From Candidatus Woesebacteria bacterium RIFCSPLOWO2_01_FULL_39_23 (GTDB lineage: Bacteria > Patescibacteriota > Microgenomatia > UBA8517), in contig MGHG01000009.1 in NCBI GenBank assembly GCA_001793095.1, forward strand, positions 15,450 through 79,449: 64,000 nucleotides of DNA, read 5' to 3'. The translations under genes were made by a program, and so were the position numbers. Position 1 is the first letter of the stretch, and every line of letters starts with the position of its first letter. Below the pieces are notes generated by a model. It ran no database searches. It was not told where the DNA came from and saw nothing but the letters and a program-made list of their open reading frames with translations. Shown piece after piece: positions 23,674 through 33,843 of this stretch.

Positions 23674-25413
23674 ATGGCTGCCCGAAATATTTTTCCGCAA
23701 GACGTAAGCTCGACAAACCAGAAAACTTTAGCAGATATTCTTGTGGCAAAAGGCGTCTTGGATAGCGAGCATGCGAGGCAAGTAAAATTCAGTGAAATTC
23801 AAACAGGTAAAAGTCAGGAAGATATTTTATCCGAGCAAAATGTTGTAAGTGAGGCAGATTTAGTCCGAGCTAAAGCCGAACTTTATAATGTAACTTATGT
23901 TGATTTGGATACGCAGCCTGCTTCACCCGAAGCTCTCTCATCCCTCCCCCAGCAGGTGGCTGAGCGATTCGGTGTTTTTCCAATTACAGTTGATCTGACC
24001 AATAAAGTAATAGTTATAGCAATGAAGGACCCCCTCGACCTGGCTGCGATCAGTTTTGTGGAACAAAAAACGGGTCTTCGGGTAGATCCGCGTGCGGCGG
24101 AACCGACGAAAATAGCTAACTATATAGCCAGCGGATATTCAACGTCGCTTGCTAAGGAGGTAACGGAGGCTCTTAAGGAAGTTGCTCCGGAAAAAAAACG
24201 TGTTCAAATACTTGATATGGGAGTCGGCGGTGTAATCAGAGAAGAAAGAGTTGCCGAGGTTGTTAATCACATCCTCTCCTTTGCCGTCAAAGCGCGTGCC
24301 AGCGATATTCATATTGAACCTCAGGAAAAGATGACGAGAGTCCGTTACAGAATTGACGGTATCTTACAAGAGAAGCTGACTACACCCAAAGAGCTGCATG
24401 AGGCTCTTATTTCGAGAATTAAGATTCTCTCGGGAATGAAAATTGACGAAAAGCGGGTTCCTCAAGACGGTAGGTTTAATTTTTCGACGGGAGACGAAGA
24501 TGTAGATCTTCGTATCTCAACTCTTCCGACGGCGTGGGGTGAAAAGGTCGTAATGCGACTTCTCAAGAAAACCGGCGGTGTACCGAGTTTGTCTGAACTT
24601 GGCCTCAGGGGTAGGGCTTTAAAAAACCTTGGAGATGCCATCCTCAGGCCTCACGGTATAATTTTGATTTGCGGACCTACCGGATCAGGTAAAACGACAA
24701 CCTTGTATTCGATAATCCAAAATATCTCAACACCTAAAGTTAATATTGTTACCTTGGAGGATCCGATCGAATATAAAATTGCCGGGGTTAATCAGGTGCA
24801 GGTAAATCCTGTTGCCGGTTTGACTTTTGCATCCGGTCTTCGAGCTTTTCTAAGACAGGATCCGAATGTCATATTGGTCGGAGAGATTCGCGACCAAGAG
24901 ACGGCTGACTTAGCAGTTCAAGCAGCACTAACGGGTCATTTAGTGTTTTCTACCTTGCATACCAATGATGCTTCCGGAGCGCTCCCGAGACTATTAGATA
25001 TGGGTGCTGAACCGTATTTACTGGCATCGTCTATGACCGCTGTCGTTGCACAAAGGGTTGTCAGGAAGATCCATGCGGATTGCAAAGAAGGCTATTCTCC
25101 CGATGCAAAGATTGTAGGAGAGATAAAAGAGGGATTGGGTCCGCTTTGGAAGCCCGAAGGCAATGTTTCCTTTTATAAAGGTAAAGGCGATCCTGAATGC
25201 GGTAATACGGGCTATTACGGTAGAGTCGGAATATTTGAGGTCTTGCCTGTTACCGAAAAAGTGAGTAGGCTTATACTAGAAAAATCACCTGCATCGGAGA
25301 TGGATGCTGTCGCGAAAGAGGAAGGCATGATTTCGATGAAGCAGGATGGGTTTCTTAAAGTAATCGAGGGCATAACAACGATCGAGGAAGTCTTAAGGGT
25401 AGCACAAGAGTGA
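23674..25413 (+). CDS. pilB: Type IV pilus extension ATPase (PilB/GspE family)
   Basis: ASDIHIEP, RYRIDG, PQDGR, GPTGSGKTTT, EDPIE, LRQDPNVILVGEIRD, TGHLVFSTLHTN. Confidence 0.92.
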   Translation: MAARNIFPQDVSSTNQKTLADILVAKGVLDSEHARQVKFSEIQTGKSQEDILSEQNVVSEADLVRAKAELYNVTYVDLDTQPASPEALSSLPQQVAERFGVFPITVDLTNKVIVIAMKDPLDLAAISFVEQKTGLRVDPRAAEPTKIANYIASGYSTSLAKEVTEALKEVAPEKKRVQILDMGVGGVIREERVAEVVNHILSFAVKARASDIHIEPQEKMTRVRYRIDGILQEKLTTPKELHEALISRIKILSGMKIDEKRVPQDGRFNFSTGDEDVDLRISTLPTAWGEKVVMRLLKKTGGVPSLSELGLRGRALKNLGDAILRPHGIILICGPTGSGKTTTLYSIIQNISTPKVNIVTLEDPIEYKIAGVNQVQVNPVAGLTFASGLRAFLRQDPNVILVGEIRDQETADLAVQAALTGHLVFSTLHTNDASGALPRLLDMGAEPYLLASSMTAVVAQRVVRKIHADCKEGYSPDAKIVGEIKEGLGPLWKPEGNVSFYKGKGDPECGNTGYYGRVGIFEVLPVTEKVSRLILEKSPASEMDAVAKEEGMISMKQDGFLKVIEGITTIEEVLRVAQE

Positions 25414-25496
25414 TGGCAACTTAGAACTCAAATGTTAAAACTAACAACTTTTTTCTGAAATTTTAAGCTTTAAGTTATAAGTTTTGAGCTAAAAGC

Positions 25497-26558
25497 ATGG
25501 CTATTAAAGATTTATTAGAACTTACAGTCCAAAGAGGTGCATCTGATTTACATATCATTGCCGGCCTCCCGCCCTATTTACGCGTTCAAGGCAATCTTCT
25601 TGCGGTCAAAAGTGAGGCCATCATGACTCAAGATATCATTGAAAAGTACCTTAAGGAAATCTTAAACCCTGAAAACTTAGAGCGCTTTGGTGTCAACCGT
25701 GAGCTTGACTTTTCACTTTCATTCAGCGCTAAGTCAAGATTCAGGGTAAATGCTTACACCCAAAGAGGTTCTTTTGCGATATCTTTCAGAAATATCCCGA
25801 TTGAAATCCCTCCGATTGATGAACTGGGTCTTCCGAAAATACTCCATGCATTTACTACGCTCCGGCAGGGTTTTGTCTTAGTTACCGGACCAACCGGTCA
25901 TGGTAAATCAACCACAATTGCCTCAATGCTTAATGAGATAAATGAGACCCGATCCTGTCATATTATTACAATTGAAGACCCGATTGAATTTTTGTTCAAA
26001 CCCAGAAATTCAATAGTCTCGCAACGTGAGATGGGTGGTGACACTCATTCCTGGCAAATTGCCCTAAGAAGTGTGCTTAGGGAGGATCCTGATGTTGTCC
26101 TTGTCGGAGAAATGCGGGATTACGAAACAATTTCAGCTGCGCTAACGGTTGCAGAAACCGGGCATTTGGTTTTTGCAACGCTTCACACCAACTCAGCCGC
26201 GCAAACAATCGATAGAATTGTTGATGTTTTTCCCGATGAACAGCAAAAGCAGGTCAGACTCCAACTGTCAAATGTCGTTGAAGCCGTATTTTCTATGCGT
26301 TTAATTCCGACGGTATCCGGAGACCGAGCAGTTGCTTACGAAGTTATGCTGGGAACCTCGGCTATTAAGAGCTCTATTCGTGAGGGTAAAACGCACCAGA
26401 TTGACAATATTTTACAAACTTCGACAGAGGTAGGTATGAATACTATAGAGATGTCTCTAGCTTCACTTATCAAAAGCGGGAGAATTACCCTTGAAACCGC
26501 ACAGTCTTTTTCACTTCGACCGGAAGAGCTTTCAAGACTTATGCGATCAGGGAGATAA
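25497..26558 (+). CDS. pilT: Type IV pilus retraction ATPase
   Basis: ASDLH, GPTGHGKSTT, LREDPDV, AETGHLVFATLHT, AIKSSIREGKTHQI (AIRNLIRE variant). Confidence 0.93.
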   Translation: MAIKDLLELTVQRGASDLHIIAGLPPYLRVQGNLLAVKSEAIMTQDIIEKYLKEILNPENLERFGVNRELDFSLSFSAKSRFRVNAYTQRGSFAISFRNIPIEIPPIDELGLPKILHAFTTLRQGFVLVTGPTGHGKSTTIASMLNEINETRSCHIITIEDPIEFLFKPRNSIVSQREMGGDTHSWQIALRSVLREDPDVVLVGEMRDYETISAALTVAETGHLVFATLHTNSAAQTIDRIVDVFPDEQQKQVRLQLSNVVEAVFSMRLIPTVSGDRAVAYEVMLGTSAIKSSIREGKTHQIDNILQTSTEVGMNTIEMSLASLIKSGRITLETAQSFSLRPEELSRLMRSGR

Positions 26559-26588
26559 GCATGTCAATTAACGGCTCTCTCGTTTTTT

Positions 26589-27794
26589 ATGAAGCGTTTT
26601 AAGTATAAAGCCAGAAATAAGGATGGTGGTGTAGTTGTCGGAGAGGTAGAAGCGGTAAATGATATTACGGCTGCGAAGCTTCTAAGACAGAAAGGTTTAA
26701 CAATTATCTCCATTAATCCAAAGCGTGAACTTGGTTTTAATTTCCTTAAAAAATATAAAGAAAAGGTAACAAGTAATGATATTACAAACTTTACCCGGCA
26801 GTTTGCGACGATGATCAATGCCGGCCTTCCTGTAACTGAATCACTTCTGATACTGCGAAACCAATCAAAAGGCAGATTCCAGGCTATAATTGGTGAGATC
26901 CTGTCAGATGTCGAAGGGGGTCATCCCCTATCGAGTGCCCTAGCTAAGCATCCCCGCGCATTTAGTAAAACTTATATTGCCTTGGTTAAATCGGGCGAAG
27001 TTGGTGGCGTGCTGGATAGAGTTTTAGCCAGACTTGCAGATAACTTGGAAAGGCAGCAGGAATTTAAAGGTAAAGTAAAAAGCGCGATGATTTATCCGGT
27101 GATAATTGTTTTCGGGATGAGCGCAGTTGCATTTATCATGCTTACATTCGTAGTTCCGAAATTAACCGAGCTGTATGATCAGTTTGATGCTGATTTACCG
27201 ATAACTACTAAAGTGTTAATTGCACTTTCAACCGTGATGAGTAAATTCTGGCCTTTTGTACTTATTGGATTTGCAGTTCTTCTTTACCTCTTCAGGCTAT
27301 ATCACGCTACTAAAAAAGGTAAGAAGAAAATTGATCAGCTTATTTTAAAAGTTCCGCTTGTAGGGGACCTTACCAAAAAAGTAATTCTGACGGATTTAAC
27401 ACGGACATTGTCTCTGATGGTCGGCTCCGGTGTTTCGATTCTTGAAAGTTTAAGCATATCAAGCGAAGTTGTAGGAAACACGGTTATGTCGGAATCCCTG
27501 GATGATATATCGACGATGGTTGAAAAGGGTTTTCCTGTCGCCTACTCTTTTGCAAAACACACTGAAGCTTTTCCTCCTATTTTAGCCCAAATGATTTCTG
27601 TGGGCGAGGAAACGGGTAAAGTTGACGAAGTTTTGGAAAAAGTAAGCCACGTTTTCGAAGTTGAAAGTGATGCTAAACTTAAAGCCATTACAGCGGCTAT
27701 TGAACCGCTTATACTAATAGTGCTTGGGGTTGGAGTAGCCTTTTTGGTGATATCAATAATCATGCCTATTTATAATCTGACAACACAACTTTAG
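26589..27794 (+). CDS. pilC: Type IV pilus platform protein (PilC/GspF)
   Basis: FTRQFATMINAGLP, GEVGG.LD, SAMIYP, GEETG, IEP...MPIY. Confidence 0.93.
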   Translation: MKRFKYKARNKDGGVVVGEVEAVNDITAAKLLRQKGLTIISINPKRELGFNFLKKYKEKVTSNDITNFTRQFATMINAGLPVTESLLILRNQSKGRFQAIIGEILSDVEGGHPLSSALAKHPRAFSKTYIALVKSGEVGGVLDRVLARLADNLERQQEFKGKVKSAMIYPVIIVFGMSAVAFIMLTFVVPKLTELYDQFDADLPITTKVLIALSTVMSKFWPFVLIGFAVLLYLFRLYHATKKGKKKIDQLILKVPLVGDLTKKVILTDLTRTLSLMVGSGVSILESLSISSEVVGNTVMSESLDDISTMVEKGFPVAYSFAKHTEAFPPILAQMISVGEETGKVDEVLEKVSHVFEVESDAKLKAITAAIEPLILIVLGVGVAFLVISIIMPIYNLTTQL

Positions 27795-27884
27795 GTAGGT
27801 ATGCTACTTGACATCAAGCCCAAATTTATAACATACTGGATATAGAAATAAATTTCTAAGCGCAAAAAACTTAGAAGAATGGAG

Positions 27885-27950
27885 GCCTCCGGCCTTTGAG
27901 GGCCTCTCCCCGAGCTGGAGAGCTCTCTGAGCTGGAAGCTGGCCCGGAGG
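27885..27950. repeat. Palindromic element in the pilin 5' leader
   Basis: Outer CCTCCGGCC/GGCCCGGAGG arms around CCTCTCCCCGAGCTGGAGAGCTCTCT, similar to the rluA insert. Confidence 0.6.
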
Positions 27951-27969
27951 GAGGTGAAACTTAAAATAA

Positions 27970-28527
27970 ATGACTGCCTATTTTAAAAAGTTTATGGATG
28001 ATAGTCGTAGAGGTTTCACTCTTATTGAGCTTCTTATAGTTATGGCAATTCTTGGAGTGTTAGCTGTTGTTGTTCTTGTGGCTATTAACCCTATTCAACA
28101 GCTGGCAAGAACCCGAGATACAGGTAGGAAATCAGGTGTAACTCAGTTAGGCCATGCCTTGGATGCGTACTACACAGCCAGAAATGGAGAATATGTGGCG
28201 GAAGGTACTACGTGGATCACTGCGCTGTCAACGTCCGGTGAACTGTCTACAATTCCAAGTTTAATTCAGTACGGAATTTCCGGTATAAGTGGTTGTTCTA
28301 ACGCCGGAGCCAATCCGCATAATAGCTGGTGTTATGATTTGGATACAACCGGGGGAACAAACGGACCGGCTGTGGTATATGCTGAACTCGAATCGAACGT
28401 TGAGAGGTCGAAATGCGGAAGTGGTGTGAGGGCGTGGTTTGTATACTCTTCTGCTGATGGTAGGGGCGGATTAATGTGTGATGCAGTACCGACACCTGGT
28501 ACTCAAAACTGGAATACTACACAATAA
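27970..28527 (+). CDS. Type IV pilin, probable major pilin
   Basis: G|FTLIELLIV class III signal, AINPIQQLARTRD; strong GGAGGTG SD; downstream hairpin. Confidence 0.88.
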   Translation: MTAYFKKFMDDSRRGFTLIELLIVMAILGVLAVVVLVAINPIQQLARTRDTGRKSGVTQLGHALDAYYTARNGEYVAEGTTWITALSTSGELSTIPSLIQYGISGISGCSNAGANPHNSWCYDLDTTGGTNGPAVVYAELESNVERSKCGSGVRAWFVYSSADGRGGLMCDAVPTPGTQNWNTTQ

Positions 28528-28544
28528 TATTAGTGTGTATTTAG

Positions 28545-28589
28545 CCTTAAGAAGAGCTCTTTTTTAATACGAAGAGCTCTTTCTTAAGG
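28545..28589. terminator. Hairpin after the pilin, probable terminator
   Basis: CCTTAAGAAGAGCTCTT...AAGAGCTCTTTCTTAAGG inverted repeat. Confidence 0.55.
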
Positions 28590-28702
28590 TGAGTTAAGTA
28601 TTACAGATTTTTAAACTACTAATGTAGCAAGCCTTCAAATTTCCCTCTATCTTAAAGCGACTCTGGGTTTTGATGCAAATGAGGCAACTCGTATTTTATA
28701 GC

Positions 28703-28818
28703 AAATCCAGAAAACCGCAAGCGTAAGCTTGCGGATGAATGGATTAAAAACCATAACCAATCTGTAGGATTTGGTATGAAGCTAGAAGATACCACGAGCG
28801 TAAGCTCGTGGAGCTTCA
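28703..28818 (+). mobile_element. Putative non-autonomous IS200/IS605-like (PATE-type) mini-element
   Basis: Two related hairpins CCGCAAGC-GTAA-GCTTGCGG and CCACGAGC-GTAA-GCTCGTGG, each with outer pairing, ending ...GAGCTTCA; no transposase. Confidence 0.55.
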
Positions 28819-30693
28819 TTCTATGAATAAAGTGTCTATTTCTTTCGCTTTTTGAAAGTAAAGCACAGACTTATTTTCGTCCTTGTATCGATCGAAAATA
28901 TATTTTGAGGTAGTGATGTAACTTCTTACATAAAATCTTCTGATATGTTCGAATACCAAATTTTCCGATATTAAATTATCATTGTTTTTTATCTCCTCGA
29001 GATGATACTTCGAGAATATATCATCAGCTCGGTTAAGGTATTCATCTTCGCTTACGGATTTTTCTTTATCTTCCAGTACCATTTGATAAATCATGCCGTA
29101 GGGAATTGTTACAATTTTTCCATATTTTTCATCTTCTATTGTAAAACCGGTGTCCGTAAAAACCTCTTTACCTTGAGCCAATAGAGGTGCTATGGAAGAA
29201 TAAACGATATTTTTATCAATTTTATTATGTCTTTCAATAAGAATTTTATTTATCTCACTTTCGCTTAGGCCATATATGGCCATTAATTGTTCTGTTCCGC
29301 CATGATTACCCGGGATTGAAATATCCGGTCTCGTTCCTTGTACGAGCTGAGTACTTAAGGTATTAAAAGCCAGGGAGTCGTCAACGACCAATAAAAGTGC
29401 ATTTTGTGGCAATGTAGTCAGGATATCTACGCCAAGGTTCTCGCCTATATGGACATTACTAAGATTAGTTTTTCGATAGTTTGTAATTAAGATTGAAAGA
29501 GGAACGACTAAAAAGCTGATATATACTGTTTTGGTAACTAAATTTATTAACTTTTTATTTTTTAGAATTTTCCAAACTGTTTCTAAAAACAATAGAACCC
29601 CAAACGGAAAGATTAGATCGAGGACTATTATTGATGATAAATAAAATCGTTCAAGTATTGCTATTGTTCCGTAGTTAGTCAAATCAAGCCCTGCTATTAG
29701 TATAAAAATAGGACCCAGGAATAAATAACAACCTAAGAACAATATAAATGTTGTTAGTTTCCTTTTTCTGTCACCGTTTCTTAAAAGAAGATAAACAAAG
29801 CCCAATAAAGCAAATAAAACCGGGATAATCGTTGCATAATTTTTCAGGTATATTAGGTATGCGTCGGCATTTGTTAAAACGATATTTTGCTTATAACCTG
29901 TGAGCACGTTGTTCCAGCCGTAATCTTTACGGGTAATTATTGCTATTAGATTTTGAATGTTGACTACTCTGCCCCAGTTAAGAGGTGGGTTTTTTGACGC
30001 GGCGATTGGGATATATAAGTAAGGAAGTAATCCAAGTATAACAACAAATAGTGATTTTAGGAGAAGTTTAAAGTTTATTACTAATCTCCAATCAGTGACT
30101 AATATGACAAGACCAATTACCGGAAAAATTAAGACTATTGATAAATTGTTGGTTAAGGATAAGCCTATGAAAAAAGCAGTAGCAAGAATATATTTTTCTT
30201 GCTTATCGTAGATATATAATAGTGTTGAATAAATGATAGCAAGTATGAAAAAATTGTGTAGCGAAAATACTTCGACCACTTCAGCGTATATCCAGAAAGG
30301 GTAAGTAAAGGCAACAGTAAGAGCAGATATCGCGGATATTATTTTGTTTTTACTGATTTTATTAACTATTAGATATACAAGAACCACAGATAGTGTGGAA
30401 GAAAGACTAGACACTAGGCCAACTCTCCACGCTGGTGGTTTATTTATTGGCAGAAGGAGCGATAATATTCCTAAGATTGTGTAAAGTGGATAACCTGAAG
30501 GATGGGCGATGCCTTTAACGTAAGCCGCTGATAAAAAATCACCGGAATCTCCGCCAAAAACTGAAGGAGATAGGTTGTGGATATAGACTAGAAAAGTAAA
30601 GATAAATATTGACCCTTCAACTTTATGAATTTTTTGTATCTTAAGTTTTAGAATTCTTTTTAATGCATCAATCATATTTCTAGTTAATTCCAA
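28816..30693 (-). CDS. DUF2723/TMEM260-like GT-C membrane glycosyltransferase
   Basis: PSV.GGDSGDF, GIAHPSGYPLY, EVFSL, YLYIPI..NPPLNWG; many TMs; start may be ~30672. Confidence 0.8.
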   Translation of the reverse strand: MELTRNMIDALKRILKLKIQKIHKVEGSIFIFTFLVYIHNLSPSVFGGDSGDFLSAAYVKGIAHPSGYPLYTILGILSLLLPINKPPAWRVGLVSSLSSTLSVVLVYLIVNKISKNKIISAISALTVAFTYPFWIYAEVVEVFSLHNFFILAIIYSTLLYIYDKQEKYILATAFFIGLSLTNNLSIVLIFPVIGLVILVTDWRLVINFKLLLKSLFVVILGLLPYLYIPIAASKNPPLNWGRVVNIQNLIAIITRKDYGWNNVLTGYKQNIVLTNADAYLIYLKNYATIIPVLFALLGFVYLLLRNGDRKRKLTTFILFLGCYLFLGPIFILIAGLDLTNYGTIAILERFYLSSIIVLDLIFPFGVLLFLETVWKILKNKKLINLVTKTVYISFLVVPLSILITNYRKTNLSNVHIGENLGVDILTTLPQNALLLVVDDSLAFNTLSTQLVQGTRPDISIPGNHGGTEQLMAIYGLSESEINKILIERHNKIDKNIVYSSIAPLLAQGKEVFTDTGFTIEDEKYGKIVTIPYGMIYQMVLEDKEKSVSEDEYLNRADDIFSKYHLEEIKNNDNLISENLVFEHIRRFYVRSYITTSKYIFDRYKDENKSVLYFQKAKEIDTLFIE

Positions 30694-32716
30694 TTATTTT
30701 TTCTAGGTCATCAGTTATCTTATCATCCCAAAAAGACTTTGCGGTATCAAAACCATTTTTTATTAACCTTTTAGTTTTGTTTGTATTTCTAATGGTTTTT
30801 CTGATTAAGTCTTTTTCCCAAAGATCTTCTAAATTATTTACTATAATAGCATTATGATTATTCTTGGCATATTCAAGAACTCCACCATTATTTGTTGAAA
30901 CAACTAAGCAACCCGATGCCATAGCTTCCAATCCAGGTATTGGCATTCCCTCTGTTCGACTTGTCGAAAGTAGTACGTCGTGTTTTCGATAAAGTTTAAT
31001 AATTTCTTCTTTCGGGGGATCAGAAATAAACTTGTCGAACAGCTTAGAATAAGGTTTTTTTTCTCTGCTTACTAACGTAAATGAATAGTCTCCATTTTTA
31101 TTCTTTAGCATTTTTACAACTTTTGTCAAAAGGTCCGTTCCCTTAACAGTAGTGTACCAAGATATTACAGAAAGCACTTTAGTCCGTCTGTTATAAAATT
31201 TCCTATTTAAAGAATTTTGCTTTTCTTGCTGACTCATTCTGAACCTTTTATCTAAAATACAATATGTTATTTTCTGAACATTGGAATTCCCGATTTCCTT
31301 AACTTTAGATTCCATAAATTTACTATGAACAATATTTTTAGTGGGTAGTTTGTAAGCATATTCCGCTAGTTTTTTAAAACCGATGAAATTGTGCATGCTC
31401 GGTCCCCAATCTTGTGAAAAAAAGAACTTCTTCTTTGCACGCATAAAATATAAAATATATGCTGTTGGCCAAAAAGTTGCGATGAGGACATCGGGTGCTT
31501 TCTTGAAACACGCCAAGATGAAATTATCGCAGTCGGCTTGTAATTTAAACCAATTTTGTTTTCTTCCCAGCAAAAAGAAGATATTTACGTGATAGCCTTT
31601 GTCTATAAAATTATTTGCTTGTTTAAACACGATTTCACTTCCAGTATTTTTAGAAGTATTAAATACTAAATAGCTGATATTTCCCTTTGAGGACCACTCG
31701 AGTGTGCTAAAAGTCTTTTTCTTTTTGAGGTAGTGATCAAAAATAATGCTTCCTGGGTAAATTGGAAGTTTGTCATTATTTAACCCCCGTTTTCTGAAAA
31801 GCCTGATGTAAAAACCGTGTTTAATAAAATCTAGATGCGCAAAAAACAAAGATTTTAAGTAAGGTCTTTGTCTACTGACGAAGTAATAGACATATGCAAC
31901 AATTTCTTGACCTATTCTGGCAGGAAGAATCTTAATGAGAGCTCGCCTATCAAGATTCCTGATAAGTATGTAAAGGTTATTACGATGTTCCCAATACCTT
32001 TTTAAAACAACATTTTTACTGGCTGATGCAGCAACCTTGTGATAAACAGTTGAATCTGAGGTGAATACAACTTTATAACCTGCACGCCATACGCGCCAAC
32101 AAAAATCAATTTCTTCCATATAATTAAAAAGGTCTTCATTAAATAAGCCACCGACCTTGTCAATAATGGACTTTCTGATTATGCAGGCTGAACCACTCGC
32201 CCAAAATATTGGCCAAGTGCCATCGTATTGTCCCGTATCTACTTCTTGGGTATTAAATATTCTCCCTCGTGTAAAAGGAAAACCGTATTTATCGATAAAG
32301 CCTCCTGCAGCGCCGGCATAGTCAAAGTAATTTTTTCTCTGTATCATTTTGATTTTCGGTTGAACAACTGCTATTTGTTTATCGTTTTCTATCAATAAGA
32401 CCAACGAATTTAACCAATTTGGGGTAACCTTGGTATCATTATTCAGAAGTACAATATATTTACCTGTTGTTTTTTTCAGTGCCCAATTATTACCTCCGGT
32501 AAAACCAAGATTTTTTTTAAACCGATATGTTTTAACAAAATCTTTAAATCTATTTTCCAAAATTACTGCCTCATTAATTTTTGAACCGTTATCGATTAAA
32601 ATTATTTCAAAGTTTGGATATTTTGTTTTTATTAAAGAGTTAAGACATTTAACTGTATCTTGTAAGCCATTAAAATTGAGAATTACTACTGATACTTTCG
32701 GAATATTTTTTTTCAT
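30680..32716 (-). CDS. GT2 + GT4 fusion glycosyltransferase
   Basis: N-domain VSVVILNFN, DNGS, NLGFTGGNN, LLNND, EEIDFCWR; C-domain ATFW.TA, EGMPIPGLEAMASG. Confidence 0.88.
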   Translation of the reverse strand: MKKNIPKVSVVILNFNGLQDTVKCLNSLIKTKYPNFEIILIDNGSKINEAVILENRFKDFVKTYRFKKNLGFTGGNNWALKKTTGKYIVLLNNDTKVTPNWLNSLVLLIENDKQIAVVQPKIKMIQRKNYFDYAGAAGGFIDKYGFPFTRGRIFNTQEVDTGQYDGTWPIFWASGSACIIRKSIIDKVGGLFNEDLFNYMEEIDFCWRVWRAGYKVVFTSDSTVYHKVAASASKNVVLKRYWEHRNNLYILIRNLDRRALIKILPARIGQEIVAYVYYFVSRQRPYLKSLFFAHLDFIKHGFYIRLFRKRGLNNDKLPIYPGSIIFDHYLKKKKTFSTLEWSSKGNISYLVFNTSKNTGSEIVFKQANNFIDKGYHVNIFFLLGRKQNWFKLQADCDNFILACFKKAPDVLIATFWPTAYILYFMRAKKKFFFSQDWGPSMHNFIGFKKLAEYAYKLPTKNIVHSKFMESKVKEIGNSNVQKITYCILDKRFRMSQQEKQNSLNRKFYNRRTKVLSVISWYTTVKGTDLLTKVVKMLKNKNGDYSFTLVSREKKPYSKLFDKFISDPPKEEIIKLYRKHDVLLSTSRTEGMPIPGLEAMASGCLVVSTNNGGVLEYAKNNHNAIIVNNLEDLWEKDLIRKTIRNTNKTKRLIKNGFDTAKSFWDDKITDDLEKIIGIN

Positions 32717-33648
32717 ACTATGGACACCCTTTCTTTTTGAAGTATTAGATAAAGCTTGTAGAAGATATTTAAAATAATATTTTTAGGGAAAAAGGATTGT
32801 AAATAGAAAATATAGCTTTTAATGAATAGAGGCCGTTCTTTAATCAGTTTTAGAAAAGTCTTCCTTGAACTACTGCTATTACCTTCATAATAATTTTGTA
32901 TTGCATGGTAATAATAAGTGAGAAATTTAAAATCACATTGGAGCCTTTTTTGTATGGGTTGTGAATATGTGATCAAATGAGAGTATCGAATCCGGCTGTT
33001 GTTGTATATAACCTTATGTATGTTTTTAGTTAAGTTGGCACCATGCACGTTATAGGAATATGAGGGGTGATTTAGATAACCAAAGGGATATTTTTTTGCA
33101 AGCCTAAGCCATAATTCGAAATCTTCCACGGGTTCATATTTTTTTTGAAATAATTTAATTCCGACGAGAGCCTGTTTACGAACCATAACTGAGGGACAAA
33201 TAAGATAATTTTTTTTTAGCAATAGTGAAAGATAGGTATTTTCCGGCACATGATTAATGTATAAGAATTGTTTATTGTGTAAATAAAAATATGCATTTGT
33301 ATAACAGAACACACACCTGCTATTTAATTTTAAAAACTTAACTTGTTTATTGATTTTATCAGGTTTAATAGTATCGTCGTCGTCAAGAAAACAGATATAT
33401 TTGCCTTTAGCTTTTTTAAGGCCGTAGTTTCTGGAATCTGCAGGCCCACTGTTTTTTTTACGATAATACTTAATTCGCTTGTCGTTATCTCTTTTAACTA
33501 CTTGTTCAGTGTTGTCATTCGATCCGTCATCAACAACTATTATTTCAAGATTGGTATAGTCCTGTTTGGTTACGCTGTCCAGAGCTCTTTGTAACATTAC
33601 TACCCTATTGTAAGTAGGTATGATCACACTTACGAGACAGTCATTCAT
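32713..33648 (-). CDS. GT2 glycosyltransferase
   Basis: VSVIIPTYNR, VVDDGS, SRNYG, FLDDDD, EDFELWLR. Confidence 0.92.
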   Translation of the reverse strand: MNDCLVSVIIPTYNRVVMLQRALDSVTKQDYTNLEIIVVDDGSNDNTEQVVKRDNDKRIKYYRKKNSGPADSRNYGLKKAKGKYICFLDDDDTIKPDKINKQVKFLKLNSRCVFCYTNAYFYLHNKQFLYINHVPENTYLSLLLKKNYLICPSVMVRKQALVGIKLFQKKYEPVEDFELWLRLAKKYPFGYLNHPSYSYNVHGANLTKNIHKVIYNNSRIRYSHLITYSQPIQKRLQCDFKFLTYYYHAIQNYYEGNSSSSRKTFLKLIKERPLFIKSYIFYLQSFFPKNIILNIFYKLYLILQKERVSIV

Positions 33649-33843
33649 GATCTGAGAATAATATATAGTTGGTTAAATTACCATGATTGAATTATGATTT
33701 ATTTATTAGTTTTTAATATGAGTACATCAAGTTTATATTTCCGGTTGAAATTAGTTCCAATTGACATACTAAATAAAGTACAGATAGAATGAAATAATTA
33801 GAATAAGCGAGGGGGTGAAAAAAATTTAATACTTACTGCCTAT

